64,000 bases of DNA from Lama glama (lineage: Eukaryota): contig CM052816.1 in assembly GCA_028534125.1 (NCBI GenBank), forward strand, positions 66,962,001-67,026,000, read 5' to 3'. The notes below the pieces were generated by a model. The model made no database searches, was not told where the DNA came from, and saw nothing but the letters and a program-made list of their open reading frames with translations. How positions within the stretch are numbered: the first letter of the stretch is position 1; each line of letters starts with the position of its first letter. Below, in pieces: positions 38,511 to 51,539 of the stretch. The translations under genes were made by a program, and so were the position numbers.

Positions 38511-41500
38511 TTTCCCCCTCTCTAACTCAGTATATACTCCAGTCAGTGAGCCTTTCTCCTCTTCTACTCTCATATAAATATCATGCTTCACTCAAAGGAT
38601 GACTTCTCACCACTTCTGTTTCTTCCTTTCTCCCTCACGCTCAGTGAACCCCTTCTACCTCACTTCTCCTGGCCTCACTTATAATGGTATTTAGAGACCC
38701 CAGGTTTTGAGCCTTACTATGTGTGAATATCTCCATAAATGCTCTTAGATTCTCACTGCCACTCTCCAGCATAGGTCATACTTTCCTTAACCGACAATAA
38801 AAAAATCAAGACTAGGAGAGCTTAAACTTGCCAAGCTAACAAGTGAGTGAATCAAAATCCAAAGCCAATGTATCTAATCCCACAGCCCCTAACTGAACTG
38901 TCTGTAAGACTTAACTTAGCCCACAGTTGCTTTCTTATTCTGCCCCATTTTAGGTATTTGAGCCCTATGCCAAATGACAACGTACATGAGGACAGGCTTA
39001 CCACAATGTTTAATCCATAGTAAGAGCCAAATAAACGTCGATGATTATTACAAGTCATCATTAATTAGCTGAGGATGAGTAAATAATTGTGAATGTGTTT
39101 ATTACGCTGTAGACATTTTTGGGCAAAAGAAATTATTGATGCAGAGAAGGGCTTACTTCCTATTTCTTCAGGAAAGAAGATTTTTTAAAAGCTATAGATT
39201 AAGCCAGAATCCAGTCACATTTGTTATAAAGCCAGAAGTTTGAACGAAAACTAGGAAAACATGGGTCCAGTTCCAGAAGTATAACAAAGCTCTTGCTCAG
39301 CATAGCCTTCAATGTGTTTTTAAAGATGGTGTGTTGGTATGTTGACGTGACAGTTGCTAAGGCTATGATGAAAAGATAGTAGAGGAAAACGGGCAAAAAC
39401 AAGACCATGAGACATGAAGAGAGGGTAATCAAAGGGCCGCCCATTTTTACATACTTGCTCATCTATGCAGTCAATAGCCTCACCCCATCTTCTCCAATTC
39501 CCCCCATTCATACTCACCCTATGTTAGAATCCAGCTACACCATAGTCCTGAGTTAAGAAAAACTCAAGACTAATAATGCAGTGGTAAGAATCAGATTCCT
39601 TCAATCTTGGTTATAATTAAAGATTTCTTATTGTCCATCAATTTCAGCCAAGACTGTTCTGGGCTAATTTTGTTATCCTGTATCTGAACAATGTAGCTTC
39701 ATCTCCTAAATCCAGCAGAGAATTTTTTCCCCATCAGTTCTAAAGTCGAAGTGGCCAACAGTGGAGGAAAGCAAGATCTCCTCCTCAGATCTTCCAGGGG
39801 AGCCCCACTGGGTCAGTGCCCAGGACTCCTGCCATCTCAATTAAGAAAACCCAAAGTAGTATCTACACCCAGGTGATAAAGGAGTTAGTTACTCTGATAA
39901 AAATCTTACCACTAATTTCCTGAGAATGGAAAAGTGAGACATAATGTGTCTGGCAGAGCTACTGATGCTAGTGGTCGTAGGTGGTTGTTATTGTTTTGTT
40001 TTGTTTCCCTGCAGGAGAAGGTGAATGCATGTTTTGGCTTTACATCTGGCACCCAGACCTCTCCAAGGGAAGGACTTATGATTCCTGCCAGCAGTGGAGC
40101 AACTTGGGTTTTGGAGCAAAAGCAACTTGGTTGCTTTTGACCAGATTTTATTAATCTAGATGGTCTTGCATCCAAATCACAAGCAAAGAGGTTTCCCTAA
40201 GCCAGAGCCAGGTGCAGGGTGCCAACACACTACCCTCACTATGACGTGTGCTGACAACAGTCTGAAACAGCCTTGACTTTGGTCCCCAGGGCAGCAATAT
40301 ACAACCCTTTGTAACATGATCACAACTGGAGTTTTCATGGATCTAGTAACATTAAAAACAATTCCTGGCAAGCATGTTCATTAGAAACAAGAAAATGAAA
40401 TCTCAAAAACCTACCAGAACTAATCACCACCATTTCATAAAATAAGGACCTTTTAACAACAAAAAAGGGAGAAAGGTCAAAATCTCAGAATAAAGGATAC
40501 TCTTTTAAATTACTAATTAAGTAATATACCAAAAAAGTTAAAAAGGGCTCCAATAACCCTTATGAAACTACAAATCTGTTAAAAAAAAAAAAAACCAAGT
40601 GATGCTTCTCATATTCTGGGAAATTCTTAAATATTAGTCAGTGAGTGATCCTGGATGAGGGTATCTCCATCACATATTTAAGGTGTACACAAAGGAGTTT
40701 TGCTGCGGAATTCATAAAACTGTAAATTTGGGTTAATGAAATCCTGGAAATAGCGTAATAAAACCCTGGAGATAAATTAGTCTCCTTCGGCTGAGACCAC
40801 AGCTGACTCCAGCCCTCTCACTGTGCCATCCTTGGTGGCTCCAGCTACAGTGCTCATTAAGCCTCTAATCTCTCCCATGCAGTCATGCTTAGCCAGACCA
40901 CTTGGCACTTAATCCTACAGCACCTTGTACCACCTTTGATATTGAAGACTCACAGCACTATTTACCCACTTCACATTCCATACATATTTTCTAGGTGAGT
41001 GGCTCTCTGAAATCCTTCTATATCCAAGGACAAGAAAGTCCCTGGCAAAACAGAAGGCAGAAACAATATGGTAGCCTCTGTAATAAAATTAGTAATTTCA
41101 AATACTTACACAGGCAGGAAGATAACGTGAATATAGACATTTTGTAGACACATAAATCCAATTTGTAAAAAACGATTAAGGCATCTAAAAATAAGGTCTG
41201 GAAGATAAAACCAGGTTATACAGGTATCATGTCTTAAGCCACTCTTTCTACTACTCTGCCACTCAAGAAGGCTTAGCCTTTCTTCCTTTGAAGTCCGGCC
41301 TCTCTTCTCAGAAGCCTTTCCAATTATTGCAACTTTCAGCGATTTTTCCCTCCTGTGAGTTTCTGGAATATCTATTATCTTTTCTCATCTCCCTCAAAGC
41401 AAGAATCTAAGCTCATAGGCACAATGAGGACTAAATAATAGATCTTTTCCCTTCCTGCCTCCATTTCTCTATACACAAAGCAAAACATTTCTATCCCCAC

Positions 41501-42156
41501 CTTCTATATACCAGGAAAATCCTACCTATTCTATTCCTCAAGGTCAGCTCAGCACAGTTGTTTTCTCCTTTTATACACCTGCCTGGGCTCTCTTCTCTTC
41601 CACTCCAATTAACTACTTCCTCTTCCATACTCCCATGTAAACTTTTCCCATTGAGCAAAAATAGCACTTACATTATTATGAAATTGTTGAGATTAAGACT
41701 CAAATGAGCCACTAATACTGCCTGGACAGTTTCTTCGATTGTTCAATCCAATCCACAAGGACTAATTAAAACTTCTCCTCTTCTTTCAGCTCTCTGAAAA
41801 ACAGTCTCATTCCTTTTGGTATTTAGCATATAAACTTGCCTCTTGGTTTAAGGACTACCTGATAAGAAATCCCAAACATCAAAGATTTCCTTAATACTAA
41901 ATATAGAAAACACTGCACACTGAAACCTTACTACCCTCCTGCCTTAAAACACAAAAATATGTATCCTCACTCAGTCCTTCATTCCGCCATTCCTACCCAG
42001 CATCTCTCTTAGACCTTTTACAGCTCAATTGCTACAGGGTTGCCTAACCTGCTGTCACCATTTCCTCTTCTCCCACAAACTCAATTCACTTCCTTCTGGC
42101 ATGCAGTGGCCTCTCCGTACACCTTTCCCATCACCTTCTGCCATGTGCCCTCTCTA

Positions 42157-42333
42157 CAGGATTGTAAAATTTAGCAAATGAAACTACAGGATGCCCAGTA
42201 GAATTTGAAATTCAGACAAATAATTAATTTTAGCAGATTTTTATGTAATCTGGGATGTACTTATATGAAAAAAACTATTTGTTGTTTATCTAAAATTCAA
42301 ATCAGTTGACCTATATTTTATCCAGCAACCCTA
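42157..42333. mobile_element. MER53 palindromic hAT MITE
   Basis: 'tacaggatgcccagtagaatttgaaattcagacaaa...ttgtttatctaaaattcaaat...ttttatccagcaacccta'; the two arms are imperfect reverse complements. Confidence 0.85.
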
Positions 42334-42430
42334 CCTCTCCTATACAGTACAATCTAACCACCCTGGATATCTTCTGGTCTTTTGAATTCATAATGTTTTT
42401 CATTGCCACAGGACTTCTATAGTTGCTGGT

Positions 42431-42864
42431 TGTATTAGTTTCCTGGGGCTTTTGTAACAAAGACCCACAAACTAGGTGGCTTAAAACAACAGAAAGTTAT
42501 TGTCTCACAATTCTGGAGGTTAGAAGTCTGAAGTCAAAGTGTTGGCAGGGCTATGCTCCCTCGAGAGGCTCTAAGGAAGGATCCTTCCTTTTTCATCTTC
42601 CTTCTGTAGCCCTATATAACCCTTGGCTTGTAGCAACATAATGTTAATCCCTCGTTCAAATGGCCATCTTCCCTCTCTGTATCTTCTCTACTTATAAGGA
42701 CACCAATCATATTGGATTATGGTATACCCTTCTCTAGTATGACCTCATCTTATTTTAATTAATTTCACTGGCAATGACTATATTTCCAAGTACAATCACA
42801 TTCTGACATATTGGGGTTAAGACTTCAACACATATTCTAGGGGGAGACAAGTCAATCCATTACC
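42431..42864 (-). mobile_element. MLT1B/C-like solo LTR
   Basis: 'tgtattagtttcctggggc...ggtggcttaaaacaacagaaa...ttctggaggttagaagtc...cttataaggacaccaatcatattgga...gacttcaaca'. Confidence 0.92.
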
Positions 42865-42869
42865 CTAGG

Positions 42870-43240
42870 AATGTGCCACTTTCTGTTAAGAATGTGACAT
42901 TTTCTATTTCCCTGGGCACTCCTACTCACTTCTATCCACTCTTTAGATTTCAATTTAATTAACAATTCTCTGATTTTTTTTGACTAACTCCTATCCCCCA
43001 TTTTTGTACATTTATGGGACCATATACTTCTCTTCATTGCACTTTTAGATTCTAGTGATGAGTCTGCATGCACCTGGTCAATAATCTGATGAATGTTTCT
43101 GTTCTCCACTGGACTGTACACTCCATGAAGGTAAGAATGAGGCCTGTTTGACTCATTAGTACATCCTTGGCTCTGAGCATAGTGCCTTATATTTAGTAGA
43201 TGCTTAGTGAAGACTTGTCCTGTGAATGAAGAAATCAATG
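42870..43240 (+). mobile_element. L2 3' end relic
   Basis: 'actggactgtacactccatgaagg...agcatagtgcctt...agtagatgcttagt...tgaatgaa'. Confidence 0.75.
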
Positions 43241-43483
43241 GATGAAGCATTTTACAGAACAAATGACCTGAGGGCAGAACAGAATTTTTATATTCACAAA
43301 GCCTGGTAGAGCCCTTATATGAAATCAGTGTTCAACAGATTTCTGAGTAAGTAATCAGTTGCTATCATCCCTACTGTTTTGTTGTTTCTATCCAGAAAAG
43401 AATATCACAAAGACAATTACCCAGCCAAGACAAAGATATGTATTAATAAAATGAATAAAACGCCTAATTCATTTTCCTGAGTT

Positions 43484-43577
43484 TCTTTTTTTCAAATGAG
43501 GTATAATTGACATATAATATCATCTTAGTTTCAAGTATACAAAATAATGATTCAATATTTGTATACATTGTGAAATG
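43484..43577 (-). mobile_element. Short L1 3' end
   Basis: 'ttttttcaaatgaggtataattgacatataat...tagtttcaagtatacaaaataatgattcaatattt'. Confidence 0.8.
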
Positions 43578-44488
43578 TGCATGCCCTTTGAACTGAGCTT
43601 CTTAGATAGATTAAGATTTTTTCCCAAAAGACCATGTTTGACCTGTGTTGGAATACCAAGAGTAAAAGTAGACTCAATTTTGAACTGTCACAAGAAAATT
43701 TATGGCCAAAATGTTAGTTACAACCTGTTTACTAAGCTTTAAAATATTCTTCAATTTTATACGATTATATGAAGTTTTTGTAATGGCAAATATAAAAATG
43801 TCTCTAGGTACCTGGGTCTTTACTTTTTCTCTTATAAGCTATGAAATGATAGACAGTGTCAGAGTGTCAAAAAGGATACTTTTTGAGGTATTCTTAGGAT
43901 TTTATGGGTGCTTACAAAAACTAAACCATGCCTGGGAACTAAGACACTTTTGAGATTGGACCCAAAATCAAAGCTTATTCACTGTTTCCATCCTCCTCTG
44001 CTAACTTCCTAGAGTAGGTAATGCATCTCTATGTCTGAGTCAGTGGAATCACTTAGCCATATATTTTTGATAATGGTGAACAAAAGGATTTTTTTCCAAA
44101 GTCTGTGTGGATATAGAGAAAGAATATTGAAAACACACCTGGCATTAAGATTCCACTAGTTTAGATCTTCAGTTTGCTTCCATTGGCTCTTGTGTTCACT
44201 AGGAACCTATCTCTCCTTGCTTTTTGGGTGGCATAAAACTGAATTAAACTAAAATAGTGTCTTCTAAGAATCTGAGCAGCTTGGATAAATCAGTGCTAGA
44301 AGCTAAACTTATAAATAGAAGATATAATCAATTTTCCCTAAAAGGACTGAAATAGACTTAAAATATTTCTAATGTAGTCTGATTCTTTAAAATGCTCCAG
44401 AGCTGTTGACTTCCAGTATGTTTAATAGAAACTTGCTAGATTCATATTGTGTATGATAACATGTTATTGCATGCTCAGTAATTTAACA

Positions 44489-45323
44489 CGTGAGTTGGAA
44501 AACTCCCAGTTTTTCCTCCCATGTTTCTTTCATTCTTACGCTACTACTACACTCACAACACTTCTGATGCCAGATGTATGGGGTTTTCCCACCTGAAGCA
44601 ATTCTGTGACACCAGCTGGATATCCTACAATTTAACTCAATTCTGATACTAAATGCTAGGAGACAGCATCGGATCCCACAGTTAAGCACTCAGTCCAGAA
44701 GACTGCCCTCAACTTCAGATGTCAATTGCAAGCAGTAGGTCCCTAAGTTACCCACAACTTCCACCTGATTTGGTTACAAATCAGTGGTTCCCACATCCCT
44801 CCTCAAGTTTGGTCAGTTTGCTAGAGCAGCTCACAGAACTCGGGGAAATGCTTATATTTACCAGCCTAGTAAAGCATATAATAAAGGATAGAGATGAAAA
44901 GTAAGATGAAGAGATACATGAGGCTATGTCTAGGAGAGACCTGGGTGCATGAACTTCTGTCCCTGTGGAGTTGGGGTGCATCACCCTCCCAGTAAGTGGA
45001 TGTGTTCACCAACCTAGAAGTTCCTGAACCCAAACTTTTAGGATTTTATAAAGGCTCCCTCACTTGGGCTTGATAAGTTACTAACTCCATTTCCAGCCCT
45101 CTTCCCCGCTCTTGAAAAGGCAGTGAAGGTGGATGGGGGTGGGGAAGGGCTGAAAATTCCAGGTCCCATCCAGGAGTCATCCAAGAGCCCACCCAGAGTC
45201 CCCTTGTTAGAACAAAAGGTGTTCCTAGTGCTCTCATCACTTAGGAATTTACAAGGGTTTTAGGAGCTCTGTGTCTGAAATCAAAGGCACAAACCAATAT
45301 ATTCTTGTTCTATTATCTCACCA
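44489..45323 (-). mobile_element. MER21-like ERV solo LTR
   Basis: The minus strand begins 'tggtgagataat...atatattggtttgtgcc...acagagctcctaaaacccttgtaaattcctaagtgatgagag'; the plus strand has 'aacacttctgatgccagatgtatggggttt' and 'tttgctagagcagctcacagaactc'. Confidence 0.8.
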
Positions 45324-47039
45324 TAAAGTAAATTTTAAGTTATCTCCTTATCTAAGTATCTACCTTTACAATGGAATTAGCCCAATCATTTTATCTTCCT
45401 ACAAGTATTTCAGTGATGAGTCAGGGTTTCTTTCAAACATCCTCCCTTAAGAAACACTCTAGAATTCGCTTTTGATGAACAGGCCTTTAAATAATATGTT
45501 TTAAAATGAATTTCATTGCTTTGTCCATTGTTTCACCCCAAACTTGTTACAGTTAATGTAGATCATCTGATTTATAAATGTTTTCAATAAATTCCAGGAG
45601 TACAAAAAAATAATTCCAAGAGTACAAATTATTTTCAGATAGGCAAAATAAGTTACTTCAATTCTGTTTTCCCTTTGTTTATAAAAAAGGTGTTTCAACT
45701 GTAAAGGCATTTACAAGTTTTTATTAAATCAGATGAAGTAAAAATTAGCCAACCTATATCAAAGTCTAGGGAAGAAAAGAAATTTGCAATATTTGTTTTA
45801 AAATCTGATTTCTATCTTGAAAGCCACTGGCTGAAGGCCGGGGCAGTGATGGTTGCTCTCAGCTGGGTATTACTGGTAACTGGCATAGTCCCCCACAGAG
45901 AGCCTGGGCCGAATAAATAGCTGCTGAAAGAATGTGTAAATCAAAGTGCAAATAGCAGCAAATGTTAGACTTTCCTGAATTTGAACCTCTAAGAAGATAA
46001 AATCTTTAGCGGAGAAATAGGCATTACTGTTTGATAAGACCGTCTAAGGAAAGATGATCTTTATTTCAAATATTGTTCTACCCAATTCTACTTTTGAACA
46101 AAAGTAAGTTGTTGGGTTGGAGAATAAAAGCATATGACTAATCTCAAGGATGCAGAGACAGTCCTGAAGAGTTGTAAGGTGAGGTTAAGTTGTAAACTTG
46201 CTTTCTCAGGTAAAGTATGCTGTATTAGATAATATAAAAAAATGGAATTCAACTTCAAAAAAAGCTGCAAATGGATACAGAGCTGGAGTTGGCATGAAGA
46301 TTTTGCCTGGGTGAAGAAAAATGGCAACAAGTGACCAAACTAATATCTGTTTACCAAAACATCGTAAACCCAGTGCTGTCCAGGAGACTCGTCTTGTTCA
46401 ATGTTTCATCAGCATCACAGTGCAACCGCTTCAGGTTAAATTCAAATGCAGCAGGCATCTTATCCATGAACAGTACCACCAAGCTATAAATGAGGCTAGT
46501 TCCTCTTCAGGTTGTTACAGAAGCTTAAACAAAAGCCTCCAGCTACCCAGACAGAACCATTATTTCTCATTTCTCCTCAGACAGGACCCTAGGGAGGGCC
46601 TTGTGGTTCTCTTAATGCTGACTTTCTAGATAGCACATAAACATGAAGCATCTGAAGGTGTAATACTTTCAGAACACCAGGCAGATGTGTTATCTCTGAC
46701 ACAGGATTAACAAACTTGATACAGGCATGGGTTTGCTCTCTTGTGGAGATATGAACAGATAACAAGAAAGCCAACTGGTTATTTGAGAGCTTTCTCTGAA
46801 ACAGAAGCAGAATTGACTAGTTCTCTGGGCTCAGAGGAAGAAGAGCTGGAACACATACTTCGCTTGTCACTCTTTCATTTTACTGGAAAGACTGATCATT
46901 AAATGCTGTATTGTATTAAAGTAGTTATCAGGAAGCAACATATAGATCAGGTCATCAAGTTTATGAGTCACAGGATAAACAGAATAGAAAGGAAGAATCC
47001 TAGAGAGACTGGGGAAGCAGTACTGGAGTGGGAAAGATG

Positions 47040-47225
47040 GCCTAGGCAGTGAAACGGAATTGGAGTCATGGTCCTATCACTTTCAAGTTCCATGGCCAAT
47101 AGCTAATGGCTTAACTGTGAAGTTTCCTTTCTACACTTATCAAGTGGAGGTAAAACTATCTACTGTAAAGAGTAGTTATGTGGTATAAAGAAGATAAAGT
47201 ATGCCTATTGCCTGGCATACAGAGC
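47040..47225 (+). mobile_element. MIR relic
   Basis: 'agttatgtggtataaagaagataaagtatg...tgcctggcatac'. Confidence 0.5.
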
Positions 47226-49039
47226 AGGGATCTACCCATGCGAAAAGGAATGTTGCTGATGAAGCAAGCGAGTGTGCAGTGGTTGGACTAAACGTCTGTG
47301 TCAGTTCCTGAGAGTGGAAACAGCTATAAAATAAACCATTTCAGCAGACTCACAGCAACTGGTTTTCAACTTCTAAAAACTTTACTTTGTTATGTACTCA
47401 TGAAATTTGCTAAAACTATTAGCAAGCCATACCCAACTGGCAACTGTGGGAATGAGGAATTGGTAAGAAAGGGCTTTTGTATTGATGTCCTCATCTTTTT
47501 CCAGATGTTTTGTTACCAGTAACAATAAGTTCTTCATATTCTTTCTGTCTGTGTTGGGATTTATCAGTACTGAACTGATAAAATGGAGGCAGAGAACTGA
47601 CAGGAATATGGCTTTTCCTCATGCTCTGTCCTCTCTATGTATACAGATACACCCACACACAGACACACAAACCCCTTGGAGACACAGACAGTCATATACA
47701 AACATACAGTTACCTATGAGACTGTCTTATCCAACACATAATCTCATTTACATTATAAGGATCTACGCGGGCTTCCAAATGATTTCTGTAAGAATATCAG
47801 ATACATTTGATTTAAAAAATCTACAGATCAAACCCAAAAATACATTTATGAAAAGTTTTTGGAATCCAGCAGCACTTTTGCTTCAATTTGACATTAGACT
47901 GTGTTGCTTTATACACAGATGGACATTAAATATCAAGCAACTTATCTGATTTAAATTTAGTATTTTTTTTAGGTATCAGGACTGTCAACATGAGAATGGT
48001 CTGTTCAAAACTGAATACTTGGCAACTCATTTTAATAAATAATAGATCTATATCTATATTCTATAGCTGGATAGTATTCAGACTATTATAAGGAGGGAAA
48101 AAAAACAAAAGTACATTTCATCTATGATGTAAGACAGTGAAAATGTGGCAAGAAAACAAAGAAGACAGAGTACTCTCCTTATATAGGAAGTAGAGGCAAT
48201 GGAATGAGGTGGAGACGACAGTAACCACCAAGTGAGCAATGCTACCAACGGTGACTCTCCAGCGAATCATGCAGATCACGCAGCGGCCCAATGATTCGAG
48301 GGCACCTCCTGAACCGCAGAGCTTCCATATTTCCACGGTGAGAAAGAATCAAGATGTGAGGGCAGAACTTAAAGTGAAAGTACGAAGGTGCAAGAAGTAA
48401 ACGAGTTTGGTCAAATGTCATGGATTGTATCTGACCCTTGACTTAACAAACCTCTAAGGAAAGCCCTGTCCCTGCACTTGACTGCCACTGTCTGTACATA
48501 GTGAGACGAGCATGCTTGTGTGTATTTTGGAGAAAATATTTTTCTATTGACATATATGCTGTCAAGGATGCCCTGAAACACCCCTCACCGGCTCCTATTC
48601 TGTGGTCTCTCAACTCGGCGATTTCAGTTCATACAGTGACTACATCCCCTGGCATTGTACATCCTGCCTTGCCTAGTGTACTTTTCGACACACAATTTTA
48701 CTCTCTAATGCTATAGGGGGAAATTCATTCCACCTTACTTTAGTCCTTAAGTTGAAAACTCCAATGTTGACGGTGAATATAGGAAAGACTGGCAACTGGG
48801 AATGATCTTATAGATCAAGCAGCAGCAATGGGCCAAAATCAACATGCTGGGAGGACTAAATGAGATAATGTCTGTGAAAGCACATGTAAACTAGCACACA
48901 TCAACAACTGTCCTGATGATACACCTGGAGAAACCTCACAGATGCAAATGCAGATTCTTGCATCCACGTTACAATAAGTCCATTGTCTGAGTGTCAGATG
49001 AGAGAGACCTGGCTGGAGAGCATTTCAATAGAAACCAGG

Positions 49040-49404
49040 AGTCTGACTTGGCGGCTGGAAAGGCTTAGGTAATCTGCAGTTACAGGTTGGCAGATCACAT
49101 CTGGCTACAGTGTTTACTTTGGGGAGCCACATTTTAAGAGCTTATTGGCAAATTGAACCCCAGCTCCCTCACAGAAGAGAGGGATCAAGTTAGGAAGAGG
49201 TTAGATACCCTGTCATATGAGGAATGGCTGAAAGAGATGGAAATAAATACCTCTCCTCAAGTATTTAAAGAGAAGACAGTTACAGTAAAATTTCAAAGGA
49301 CAGAACAAGATTGGGGTAGAAGTTTTATAGAGGCAGATTTCAGCTCAATACAAGGAAAAAGTTTCTAATTATGGGAACTCTCTGAAAATATATACCGGAT
49401 TGTC
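49040..49404 (+). mobile_element. L3/CR1 LINE relic (RT C-terminal region)
   Basis: ORF 49153-49368 contains LDTLSYEEWLKEM, like the CR1 RT motif LSYEERL(K/R)EL; 'gagccacattttaagag' and 'gaggcagatttcagctcaat' are L3-type. Confidence 0.8.
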
Positions 49405-49499
49405 ATTGGGGTAGAAGTTTTATAGAGGCAGATTTCAGCTCAATACAAGGAAAAAGTTTCTAATTATGGGAACTCTCTGAAAATATATACCGGATTGTC
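49310..49499 (+). repeat. Perfect 95-bp tandem duplication
   Basis: 49310-49404 is identical to 49405-49499 (attggggtagaag...ccggattgtc). Confidence 0.97.
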
Positions 49500-49766
49500 C
49501 CTTTCTTTCTTTTTAATTATGCCATTGGCCTTTGCAGAGAAGGGTCTAAGTGGCTGCTGTATCATGAAAGGTCCTTTCTCAGCTGCATGTGTCCGTACCA
49601 AGAGTGAGGTGGGGTCCAACAAGGGCCTTTTATTTAGGACAAGGGTAAATAAAGTCAACCAGGCCCTCTCTTTTTGAAGTTTGATTGTTATAGGTACATA
49701 ACAAGAATCTGCCAGCTGATAACAAGAGAACTAATGGCAGAGACAGTTAGTTTAGGGTTAGTTTAG

Positions 49767-50420
49767 GAACAGACTTACCATATGACCCAGGAATCCCGCT
49801 CCAGGGCATATATCCAGAAGGAACCCTACTTCAAAATGACACCTACACCCCAATGTTCATAGCAGCACTATTTACAATAGCCAAGACATGGAAACAGCCT
49901 AAATGTCCATTGCCAGATGACTAGATAAAGAAGATGTGGTATACTTTTTCAATGGAATACTATTCAGCCATAAAAACCGACAAACATGACACCATTAGCA
50001 GCGACATGGATGTCCCTGGAGAATGTCATTCTAAGTGAAGTAAGCCAGAAAGAGACAGAAAAATACCACATGAGATCGCTAATATGTGGAATCTAAAAAA
50101 AAAAAAAAACCAAACAAACAAAACATAAATACAAAACAGAAACAGACTCATAGACATAGAATACAAACTTGTGGTTGCCAAGGGGGCAGGAGGTGGGAAG
50201 GGATAGACTGGGATTTCAAATGTAGAATAGATAAACAAGATTATACTGTATAGCACAGGGAAATATATACAAGATCTCATGGTAGCTCACAGAGAAAAAA
50301 ATGTGACAATGAATATATATATGTTCATGTATAACTGAAAAATTGTGCTGTACACTGGAATTTGACACAACATTGTAAAATGAATATAAATCAATAAAAC
50401 GTGTTAAAAAAAACTAAAAA
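49767..50420 (+). mobile_element. Young 5'-truncated L1 (ORF2 end plus 3'UTR)
   Basis: Near-identical in organisation to 60170-60913; internal A-rich linker at 50095-50125; A-rich tail. Confidence 0.95.
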
Positions 50421-51539
50421 GCACTGTGTTGAATGATCTTATAGCTCAACTTTGTATGCCAATTGACAATTTTTTAGGATAATTTCCTAGAAGTTCATGT
50501 CAAAAGATATGAGCTATTTAAGACTTTGGATTCAGATTGCTGAAATTACCCTCTGAAAAACTGTATCAATTCCCATTTCCAGTTGTGAGTGTTCTCACTA
50601 GAGAGGAACCATTCCTAAAAATGAAACTGAAGTGATGATCATCTTTAGAGAAATTTTGTAAACTTTTCCTGAATTTGCATGATGGTTGATACAATACCTA
50701 AGAACTAAATATTATATTACAAAATGTCACACTGCTAAAAATATGATCAATGACTCTTCTTTGAGTTTATATCTATTTGTTCAGGTAATATTCTTAGAAG
50801 TATTAAACTTCAGTCTTGATATTCCAGAGTTCCCTTTCAGATCCTTAACATTTCAACACTGTAATCATCTGAGACTAGGATTCAGGTTAGATTGCCTATA
50901 TATCTGAAGGTACCATTGAATGTTTCATAAAGACAATTCTATTATAGGATAAATATCCATAAAAGAAGTTTCTGCACAGATTCTGACTGACCCAAATACA
51001 CCATTAATAATAGTTATGAACACTAATGAAAATTCATATCTAGCATCATACATGTATCACAGTAAGTGATCAATAAGCACACCCTGAATGAATAAATGGA
51101 TGATTAAATTAATAGTATTGAGATGTGGAAACCTGTGCTCACATGATTATATTTTTTGAAAATAAAAAAAAAATTCTGCAGTGTAGGAAAATGAGATAAA
51201 ATGTATTAGTATTTGATCACATTCCATAAGCGGCTGAAGTGGCTGTTTAGCTATCTGAACAAATTTGAAAGACACTGATTTAACTATTTATTAATAGGCA
51301 AATAAAAGTTGTCCTTCTCGTTCATTTAAGAAATAATAAATGTTACAGATTTTAAAGAAGAAAGCAAGGAGCCAACTCTTTTGGAAGGATGAAAGTAGAC
51401 TAAAAAGATTACAGCCTCAAGGAAGTAGAACTGAACAGAGATCTTTTGCTTATTCAGAGCTATGATATCAATGAATGGATATAGATAAAACATACTCACT
51501 CTTCTTATTTCTTAAAATCAAATTACTTGACTTCTATTT

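Noticed and set aside
39002..39068. Minus-strand 67-nt exon-like unit
   Set aside because: Stops in all three frames at its 5' end; at most non-coding.
47482..47949. 155-aa plus-strand ORF
   Set aside because: Non-ATG start, low-complexity CA-rich middle, no protein-like similarity that I recognise.
49310..49499. CRISPR-like array
   Set aside because: Two abutting copies without spacers in a mammalian genome; a simple tandem duplication.
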